Positions 56,620-64,000 of a DNA stretch of 64,000 nt are shown one piece after another. Position numbers and translations under genes: made by a program. The notes under the pieces are model-generated. The model saw only the letters and a program-made list of their open reading frames with translations. It made no database searches and was not told the origin of the DNA. Numbering within the stretch: position 1 is the first letter of the stretch; each line of letters opens with the position of its first letter. Source of the stretch: Planctomycetota bacterium (GTDB taxonomy: Bacteria; Planctomycetota; Phycisphaerae; Phycisphaerales; UBA5793). Location of the stretch: positions 1,026,581 through 1,090,580 of the forward strand of contig JABFGK010000001.1 of assembly GCA_013112555.1 (NCBI GenBank). Direction: 5' to 3'.

Positions 56620-59600
56620 ATGGCTGCCAAGGTCAATAAGAAGTTGCTGCTGATTCTGATGGCATTCCTCGTGGCTGTGTCAGCCACGATTATTGTGTTG
56701 GCTGTTATTGTCAACATGCGGGGGCCGGAGCGCTATCGGGAACTTGGTGACAAGGAGCGAGCGGCCGGCAATTGGCGGGCAGCGGCCGAGATGTATGAGC
56801 GAGCGGTGGCGCGAGATCAGTCCAGCATTGAGTACATTGATCTGTGGATGGATGCATTGCTGCACGTGGTGCCGCGTGATCGGACCGAGGCAGAGGTGAA
56901 CTACCGTTGGATTCGGTTGTTGCACAAGAGCAAGGCAGAGATTGAGCCGTCGAACGTGTCGTACCATCTGGCACTGCTCGAGTTCTTTGAGCGGGGGGCG
57001 AGGGCGTTCTCGTCGCCGGAGATGTACAAGCAGCTCTCGACATATGCCACGCAGATGCTGGATCACGTGTCGCCGGAGGATGAGCAGGCCATTCAGGCAT
57101 ATCGAGCGCGTGCGCTCGGGCAGGCCGGTCAGCCTGACATTGCAGGTATGACCAGCGAAGAGCGGGCGAACCTGAAGAGCGACCTTGACATTGCCTTGGC
57201 TGAGTTGACTGATGATGCGAGTCTCCTTGATGCGCTGGTCTCATGGGCGGTCGGCGAAGCGACGGTAACGCGTCGTCTGGAGCAGACCCAGGCAGCGCGC
57301 GAGGTGCTGACCGATGCACGTGCGCATGTGGATCGGTTTGTGGAGTCCCACCCGGATGACGGGCATGGACGGCTCGTGCAGGTGCGGTTGAATCGCGTGC
57401 TGCAAGCGATGCCTGAGATCGGGGTGTCGGTCGATCCGGTTGCTGCGACGGCAGCGCTGAATCGGCTGGAGGAGATTTGTCTGACGGGGACGGTGTCGGC
57501 TGAGACGGCCTCGGGCGCGGCGATCGAGATTGCAGGTGCGGATCGTGTTGCGGGTCTGGAGCGGGGTGACGCGATTCTGGTTCGGGCCATGGAGGCATTT
57601 CCTGAGCGGGCACGGCTGATGGCTCACCATGCAGACATGCTCGAACGGATGGGATTGCTCGACGAGGCGTATGCAGCATTTGAGGATGTGATTGAGCATC
57701 CGGATCTGCCGACCGGCGAGCAGAGTATCAATCTGTTTCGGATGCGTGTGATTGCAGTTCAGAAGCAGTTTGATATCCGTGTGTCGCAATGGGCGGCGGT
57801 CGATGCGTCGGATGCGGAGGCTGTTGGCCAGGCTGTGGCAGACGCGCAGGCTGCCCGGGAGCGTTGCCAGACGTATCTGCCGGAGAATGACTCGTACCGC
57901 GTGTACATGGAAGCGCACATGGCGCGGATTAACGGGAGGTATGACAAGGCAGCGTCGCTGTTCACACGGTACGTCGGGATGACCGGCGGGCGTGACATGG
58001 AGGCAGCGATGCTGGCAGCGCGGGCGTTGCGTGACAGTGGTCAGGTGAGCGCTGCGTACTCCCAGTATGAGGAGATCGCGAATCAGACGCAGGGGCGGTA
58101 TACGCCGGCGGTTCGCGAGTTGATCGTCATGGATGTGGAGCGTCGCGAGTATGACAGTGCCGAGCGCCGTCTGTCGCGGTTGCTGAGCCTTGATCCGGCA
58201 GACGGATGGGCTGTGACGATGCAATCGCGATTGCGTGCGATTCGAGGTGAGATGCCGGTCGATGGGGCGGGCGGATCGGATGCGGTTTCGGCTGCGTTGC
58301 TTGAGGCTCAGACGGCGATGCGTGCCAGTGGGAATCCGGCTGATGGGATCGTCATCCTTGAGGCTGCCGTCGAGGCGAACCCGGGTGAGATGCGGTTGGT
58401 GATCACGCTGGCCCGGTTGTTGTCGCAGGATGGGCAGCGTGAGCGCGCGCTGGAGGTGGTGCGTGCCGGGCTGGCCGAGGACGAGGGGAATGAGACGCTG
58501 GCGTTCATGGAAGCGGAGTTGGCTGAGAGCGACGTGCGCGAGGTGATCGACCGGATTGTGAATGCGAACCAGAAGATGCGCCCGGTTGATCGGCTGTTGC
58601 GACGAAGCAGTCTGTATCGGCAATACGGGCATGTTGAGGATGCGGATCGGTTGTTCGATGAGGCAACGGAGTTGGAGCCGGATCACCCGGTTATTGCTGA
58701 GGCGCGATTCGTCACGTTGCTGACGGAGGCGAAGGAAGCCGAAGCGAATGGGGACGCGGAGGTGGCCGCTTCGTTGCTGGTGCAGGCGGAGCAGTTGGCA
58801 ACACGGGCACGGGATTTGAATCTCGATCAGGCTGAGGGGCTGACGTACACGGGTCGTCTGGAGTTATCGCGTGGGAATTCGGCTGCGGCGATCAGTGCAT
58901 TGCGGCAGGCAACGACGATCAAGGCATATGACGGGGCACTGTGGCGGTATCTGGCTATGGCGTATCAGGCTGAGGGGCGATACACCTCGGCCCTCGATGC
59001 GTTTGAGCAATCGATCAAGCAGCGTGATGACGATGTGGTGACGCTCAAGGAGTATGCCCGCCTGCAGGTGGAAGTCAGCGACTATGACGGGGCCTTGGCA
59101 ACGATCGGGCGTGCGTATCAGTTGGCATCGAGTGACGACACGGTGCGTGACATGTACTTCGATCTGGAGGGGCGGTATGGCAATCGAAGTCGTGTGATCC
59201 AGTTGCGGACCGGTGATTATGAAGTGCCTCCGGCCTCGTGGAGTGACGGGGAGCAGATTGCGAATGCGATTGCCCTGGTTGATCTGTTGACGTTGCCGAA
59301 CATGAGCAGCGATGACGAGACGCAGAACTTCGTGAAGGCCCAGGCCATCCTCGATTCACTGGACCCGGAATCAGAATCCTGGGAGCTGCGTGTCCTTGAT
59401 GCACAGGGCGGGTTGCTGATTCGGAAGGGCGAGATCGACGAGGCAGAACAGGTGTACACTGAGTTTCTGTCGCGTTCGGATCTGTCATCGGGGCAACGGG
59501 TGCAGGCTTCGTTGTCGCTGTCGCGGATTCTGATCGGGCGGCAGGAGGCGGATGAAGCACTGCAGGTTTTGCAGGAAGCGCGGGCGTTCCAGGATGAGGT

Positions 59601-61449
59601 CCGGTGCGAGGCAGACCGGGCGCTCGGTGCGTACTTCATGCGGCAGGGCGATTCGTCGGCAGCCCTGGAGCATTATCTGGTTGCGCTGGCCGGCGACCCG
59701 ACGGATCGCACGTTGAGTCTGCAGGTGATTGATCTGTACCTGGCCCTGGCGCGCGGTGATGAAGAGACGAGCGATGCGTTCGTGGCACAGGGGCGGGCAC
59801 AGTTGCAACAGCATCTGGACCGGTTTGATGCGAGCGTTGAGACGCTGCTGCTGGAGGCAACGATCGAAGGGCAGGCCGGGAATGCTGAATCGGCCGGTCG
59901 GTTGTTTGATGAAGCGCAGAAGAAGTACCCGGACGACTGGCGGACGTATCGGCAGCGTGCCCGTTTTCTTTTGAATCAGTACCGGGCGCAACCGTCTTCG
60001 GTGCTGGTCAGTCAGATTCGTGATGATGTCAGCCGGGCCACGGAGTTGAATCGTGATGACGTGACGTCGTTATTGATTCGGGCCGAGTTGGCATTGGCAT
60101 TGGTCAACCCGACGACGGGTGAATCGACGGTCGATCATGATGACCTGCGGGCCACGTATCGGCAGGTGTTGGCCGTTGATCCCGGTCGCGATGAGATCAG
60201 GCAGCGATTGATTGACCTGCATGATCTGTGGTACCGGAACTACTCGGCCGCTGCGTCGGTGGCTCAGGATGGGATCGACGCTGATGCGGGGAATCCGATT
60301 TGGCACTACATGCTTGGGCGGATGAAGCGGAAGCGTGGCGACAAACTTGAGAGTTACTGGCCTGATCTGGAGCGGTCGCTGGCGCTGGGCCCGACGCCTC
60401 AGCGTTTGCTGACGCTGGTTGATGCGTTGGTGTCGAGCGATCCGCCGGCGTCGATGCGTCAGTCGGCCGTTGGGCCGTGGCGTCGCCGGAACTACCAGGC
60501 CGTGATCCAGTTGGTTGAGCAGTATCCGGAGTTGGCCGGCACGTCGGCACTGGTGATGATTCTGCATGCCCGGGCCGTGACGGAGGTGCAGGGATGGTCG
60601 GCCGGTCAGCCGTTGTATGGTGAGGCACGGGAGGTTGCGTTACGGATCAGCCGCTGGCAGAATCGGGCGTTGGTCATCGAGCGCTGGTTCTATCATGTGA
60701 GCCGGGCGGTTCGGCCGCTAGAGTTCGTTGCTGCGGTGGAGGGGTTGTGCGGCAGCCAGTTGACGGTGATGGAGGCGATCAATCTGGCCCAGATGTTGTG
60801 TGGGACGGATCCGGAATGGATCGGCCAGGAGTCGGCTGCTGATCAGGATGCCTTGCGTCGCGAGGGGTTGAACCAGTTGGCAGGGGTGCGTGATCTGCTG
60901 GTTTCGCAGGGGCGAGATGCGCAGACGATGGATGAGATGCGGGAGGAGTGGCAGGCCCTGGTGGTGACATGTGGGAACCTGATGGGCTCGGTTTATTTCC
61001 AGGAGGAGGACTGGGAGAATGCCGTTGCTGCCTGGAAGTGGGTTCTGTCGGCCCGGCCTGATGACGTACAGAGTAACAATAATCTGGCATTCACTTTGGC
61101 AGACAAGTTGGATCGTGCAACCGAGGCATTGCCGTATTCGTCGGAGGCGTTCCGGGCTTCGTCTGAAAACCCATCAGTTGCAGACACTTACGGCTACATT
61201 CTGATGTTGACGGGTCGGCATGACGAGGCTGAGCAGATTTTGCGCGATGCATGTCAGGTCAGTGAGAGTGCGTCATTGCGGCTGCATCTCGGTATGGTTT
61301 TGATAAAGAAGGGTCTCGGCAGCGAGGCCCGTGAAGAACTCGATAAGGCCCGAGAATTAGCCGAAAAACAGAATCAGGCAGGCATTCTCGAACAGATTCC
61401 CTCACTGCTCGAAGAGATTGGCAGAGCGGCCGGCAGTGATGGAGGCTGA
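56620..61449 (+). CDS. Giant membrane-anchored TPR-repeat protein of the exosortase locus (PrsT-like)
   Basis: ~1610 aa. N-terminal TM LLLILMAFLVAVSATIIVLAVIV. Dozens of TPR-like A..Y..A....P helices throughout. GAGAGG RBS before ATG 56620. Confidence 0.8.
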   Translation: MAAKVNKKLLLILMAFLVAVSATIIVLAVIVNMRGPERYRELGDKERAAGNWRAAAEMYERAVARDQSSIEYIDLWMDALLHVVPRDRTEAEVNYRWIRLLHKSKAEIEPSNVSYHLALLEFFERGARAFSSPEMYKQLSTYATQMLDHVSPEDEQAIQAYRARALGQAGQPDIAGMTSEERANLKSDLDIALAELTDDASLLDALVSWAVGEATVTRRLEQTQAAREVLTDARAHVDRFVESHPDDGHGRLVQVRLNRVLQAMPEIGVSVDPVAATAALNRLEEICLTGTVSAETASGAAIEIAGADRVAGLERGDAILVRAMEAFPERARLMAHHADMLERMGLLDEAYAAFEDVIEHPDLPTGEQSINLFRMRVIAVQKQFDIRVSQWAAVDASDAEAVGQAVADAQAARERCQTYLPENDSYRVYMEAHMARINGRYDKAASLFTRYVGMTGGRDMEAAMLAARALRDSGQVSAAYSQYEEIANQTQGRYTPAVRELIVMDVERREYDSAERRLSRLLSLDPADGWAVTMQSRLRAIRGEMPVDGAGGSDAVSAALLEAQTAMRASGNPADGIVILEAAVEANPGEMRLVITLARLLSQDGQRERALEVVRAGLAEDEGNETLAFMEAELAESDVREVIDRIVNANQKMRPVDRLLRRSSLYRQYGHVEDADRLFDEATELEPDHPVIAEARFVTLLTEAKEAEANGDAEVAASLLVQAEQLATRARDLNLDQAEGLTYTGRLELSRGNSAAAISALRQATTIKAYDGALWRYLAMAYQAEGRYTSALDAFEQSIKQRDDDVVTLKEYARLQVEVSDYDGALATIGRAYQLASSDDTVRDMYFDLEGRYGNRSRVIQLRTGDYEVPPASWSDGEQIANAIALVDLLTLPNMSSDDETQNFVKAQAILDSLDPESESWELRVLDAQGGLLIRKGEIDEAEQVYTEFLSRSDLSSGQRVQASLSLSRILIGRQEADEALQVLQEARAFQDEVRCEADRALGAYFMRQGDSSAALEHYLVALAGDPTDRTLSLQVIDLYLALARGDEETSDAFVAQGRAQLQQHLDRFDASVETLLLEATIEGQAGNAESAGRLFDEAQKKYPDDWRTYRQRARFLLNQYRAQPSSVLVSQIRDDVSRATELNRDDVTSLLIRAELALALVNPTTGESTVDHDDLRATYRQVLAVDPGRDEIRQRLIDLHDLWYRNYSAAASVAQDGIDADAGNPIWHYMLGRMKRKRGDKLESYWPDLERSLALGPTPQRLLTLVDALVSSDPPASMRQSAVGPWRRRNYQAVIQLVEQYPELAGTSALVMILHARAVTEVQGWSAGQPLYGEAREVALRISRWQNRALVIERWFYHVSRAVRPLEFVAAVEGLCGSQLTVMEAINLAQMLCGTDPEWIGQESAADQDALRREGLNQLAGVRDLLVSQGRDAQTMDEMREEWQALVVTCGNLMGSVYFQEEDWENAVAAWKWVLSARPDDVQSNNNLAFTLADKLDRATEALPYSSEAFRASSENPSVADTYGYILMLTGRHDEAEQILRDACQVSESASLRLHLGMVLIKKGLGSEAREELDKARELAEKQNQAGILEQIPSLLEEIGRAAGSDGG

Positions 61450-61524
61450 GTAGAACGGACGGACGGACGAACGAACCGCTTTTGCCGTGCAGGCAACGGA
61501 CGGTGTTCATAGCAAGGACATGCC

Positions 61525-63786
61525 ATGAGTATGACATTGACGAATCACCAGACGGCTCAACCGAGATCGGGGCAGGGATCGGCCGGTTCGGCAGCGGGTT
61601 CCAGTGCGGCACGTGGTGTTGGTGGGTCAGGCCAGCACCCAGGGCGCGGCTTCGGTGGCGGCGGGCCGGCTTCGGCCATGACGGCGATTGACCCGATCCG
61701 CGTGTTGCGGCAATACCAATGGGTATTGGCTGCGAGCGTGGTGCTCGGGATTGTCATTGGCGTTGCGGGACACTTTGCCTGGCGATCGTGGATGCCGGTG
61801 TTCGTGGCCAACGCGACGTTCAAGGTGAACGATCCGATTCGAGACGTGATGCAGGTCGGGGCGAATCCGGGGCAGACAGGTGACTACATTGAGCGCGCGC
61901 AGGGGACGGTGGCCGCCCGGCTGATGGATCCTGAGATTCTGCGGCAGGCGATCGGTGACCCGGCCGTTCGTGACAATACGACCTGGATCCAGGGGTTCAC
62001 GAACGCGGAGGGTCGTCTCGATATTGCCGAGGCCTTGGAAGATCTGTCGGACCGGACGCGAGCGATCCCGATGCCGAACAGCAGTCTCGTGGCCTTGCAG
62101 GTGAGTGGGCGAAGTGCCGGGGATGTGAAGCGACTCAATGATGCGATCGTCAGCGTTTTTGAGAGTGAGCAGTTGACGCGAAAGAACGAATCGCGGCAGG
62201 ATCTGAGTTCATCGTATTCGAGTCTGCGGAACGAGTTGCAGACGCAGTTGGATGGGTTGCAGTCTGAGATTGAGGACTACGTGGCTGCGAACCAGATTCC
62301 GCCGAGCAACTTCCTTGACCCGGTGTCGCAGGAAGTGCAGGAGTTGTCATCGACGCTGACGGAGTTGAACCAGGCGTATGCCGCTGCCGCAGGGCAGGTG
62401 GAGTTGTATCAGCAGCGGATCAACGATCCGAGCCAGGATTACACGGACGAGGATCTGGCGAGTGCTGAGGCGGACCCGAAGGTGTACACGCTGGACAACA
62501 CGTTGCTGCAGTTGCAGGCGACGCGCCGAGCGGAGTTGGTCGGCAAGGGCCCGCAGCATCGGTACATCAAGGAGTTGGATCGTCAGATCCAGGCCATGCA
62601 GGCAGAGCGTGATGCGGAGTTTCATCGGGTGCTGGCGCGGAACACGCGGGTGCGTCTCGAGATGGCCCAGACCCAGGCGGACAGCATGGCTTTGCAGATT
62701 GAGGACATTGAGGGGCAGTTGGCAGCCAAGGAAGTTCGAATCTCCGAGTTGTCGAAGCACCAGGCATGGCTTGAATCGAAGAAGCAGGAGAAAGAGGGCC
62801 TGATCACGCGGATCGCAGAGATCGAAGGGTCGATTGCTGCGACGAATCTGTATGGCGATTCGAAGCAGACAAGCCAGGTGTCATTGTGGGGCAATGCGTT
62901 GGAGCCGGACCGCCCGGAATGGCCGAAGCCGCTGATTTCAGTGTTTCTGGGTATGTTGTTGTCGTTCGGGCTGACGAGTTGCTTCGTGTTCCTGCGTGAG
63001 TTGACGGACAAGCGTGTGAAGGGGCCGGCAGACGTGTCTCTGATCTCGCATGGCCGTGTGCTGGGCGTGGTGCCTCATCTGTCTGATGACCCGACGAACC
63101 CGCGTTCGATCGACCTGATATCGGTGCGTGCGCCGAACGGCGTGATGGCCGAGTCGATCCGGCAGATTCGAAATCCGCTGTTGCGTGCCATGGATCGTGC
63201 GGGTCACAAGTCGCTGTTGGTGGTGGGTGGGCAGCCGGGTGCCGGCTCTTCGTCGGTACTGACGAATCTGGCTGTTTCGATTGCCAAGACGGACCGTCGG
63301 GTGCTTGTGATCGATGCGAATTTCAGGCGGCCTGGTCTGGCAGAGTTGTTCGGCGTTCCGGGGATCCCGGGACTGGGCGACATTCTGGCTGGCGAAGTGG
63401 AAGCCGAGCAGGGGGTACACGTGGCACCGGATGCGCCGGGTCTGTTTGTCCTGGGGGCAGGGTCGACTGAGCATCGGCTGTTTGAACGGTTGGGAACAGA
63501 GCGAATGGCCGGGTTGCTGGCACAGTTCACGGCTGCGTATGACATGGTCATGATTGACGCCCCGGCAGCGGTGGCCGCGGGCGAGAGTCAGGCATTGGCG
63601 CACCTTGTTGATGCTTCGGTTCTGGTGGTTCGAGCGTTGCAGGAGGATCGCGGGCTCGTGGCCCGTCTGATCCGGCAGATGCGTGAGAGCCGGGCCGAGC
63701 ATCTGGGCGTTGTCCTGAATGCAGCACGGATTGCAGCCGGCGGGTATTTCAAGCGGAACTTCAAACACATGGCGTCTTACCATTAG
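61525..63786 (+). CDS. Chain-length determinant (Wzz) fused to BY-kinase-like P-loop domain
   Basis: TM1 VLAASVVLGIVIGVAGHF, long coiled coil periplasmic region, TM2 ISVFLGMLLSFGLTSCFVFL. C-terminal domain has GGQPGAGSSSVLTNLAVSIA (Walker A-like), VLVIDANFRRP (A'), VMIDAPA (B), with few tail tyrosines. Confidence 0.8.
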   Translation: MSMTLTNHQTAQPRSGQGSAGSAAGSSAARGVGGSGQHPGRGFGGGGPASAMTAIDPIRVLRQYQWVLAASVVLGIVIGVAGHFAWRSWMPVFVANATFKVNDPIRDVMQVGANPGQTGDYIERAQGTVAARLMDPEILRQAIGDPAVRDNTTWIQGFTNAEGRLDIAEALEDLSDRTRAIPMPNSSLVALQVSGRSAGDVKRLNDAIVSVFESEQLTRKNESRQDLSSSYSSLRNELQTQLDGLQSEIEDYVAANQIPPSNFLDPVSQEVQELSSTLTELNQAYAAAAGQVELYQQRINDPSQDYTDEDLASAEADPKVYTLDNTLLQLQATRRAELVGKGPQHRYIKELDRQIQAMQAERDAEFHRVLARNTRVRLEMAQTQADSMALQIEDIEGQLAAKEVRISELSKHQAWLESKKQEKEGLITRIAEIEGSIAATNLYGDSKQTSQVSLWGNALEPDRPEWPKPLISVFLGMLLSFGLTSCFVFLRELTDKRVKGPADVSLISHGRVLGVVPHLSDDPTNPRSIDLISVRAPNGVMAESIRQIRNPLLRAMDRAGHKSLLVVGGQPGAGSSSVLTNLAVSIAKTDRRVLVIDANFRRPGLAELFGVPGIPGLGDILAGEVEAEQGVHVAPDAPGLFVLGAGSTEHRLFERLGTERMAGLLAQFTAAYDMVMIDAPAAVAAGESQALAHLVDASVLVVRALQEDRGLVARLIRQMRESRAEHLGVVLNAARIAAGGYFKRNFKHMASYH

Positions 63787-63918
63787 CGAGCAGCACCCGG
63801 GTCTTTGCTGCGTCGAAACTGACCGGAGCGTGTTCCGAGTCAGACGTGGGTGGCCGGCAGCGTTCTCATCATCTCTGTCGAGTGTCTTGACGTATTGCCC
63901 GGCTTGAAGGAACTGGTG

Positions 63919-64000
63919 ATGAACGGCACGGCCAGCGGATCGCAGCGAATCCTGATTACCGGCGGTGCCGGTTTTGTGGGATCTCATCTGGCCGAGTTGC
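63919..64000 (+). CDS. 5' end of an NAD-dependent epimerase/dehydratase (SDR) gene, truncated by the window end
   Basis: ATG 63919 after GAAGGA. MNGTASGSQRILITGGAGFVGSHLAEL has the Rossmann motif GxxGxxG. Confidence 0.7.
   Translation, partial: MNGTASGSQRILITGGAGFVGSHLAEL

Overview
This is a 64-kb high-GC bacterial chromosomal segment. Gene content, separated operon partners and the repeat style suggest a Planctomycetota/Phycisphaerae-like organism, but that is inference only. About 50 protein genes can be supported. They include an ABC-2 exporter pair, a beta-helix protein and a P1B-4-like (SPC/HEGST) metal ATPase. There is an FHA-PP2C signalling gene and two ECF sigma modules, one with a zf-HC2 anti-sigma and one translationally coupled to a Ser/Thr kinase-TPR protein. 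Also present are NfeD-flotillin, two HAD phosphatases, a transaldolase, solitary atpD and sucC, and an IS481-family element. A 15-kb late flagellar cluster lies on the minus strand (small ORF, flgF, flgG, flgA, flgH, flgI, rod-binding protein, flgN, flgK, flgL, fliW, csrA, two flagellins). It is followed by lipA and an exosortase/EpsI exopolysaccharide locus with a ~1610-aa TPR protein and a Wzz/BY-kinase-like protein. I saw no rRNA, tRNA or CRISPR by eye. Three non-genic signals stand out. (i) Almost every intergenic gap carries mosaics of at least ten families of short GC-rich hairpin repeats (REP/NIME-like), including a 760-bp tandem array at 4540-5300. (ii) The + strand flips from C/A-rich to G/T-rich between ~9.0 and ~11.8 kb regardless of gene orientation, and every asymmetric repeat family flips orientation across the same zone. 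This marks a candidate replication origin or a rearrangement breakpoint, and a low-GC orphan gene sits inside the switch. (iii) Five otherwise conserved genes are broken by single-nucleotide frame shifts, four of them mapped to short G/C runs, so assembly error and real decay must be distinguished. All calls come from reading the sequence and the supplied ORF track; no searches were run.
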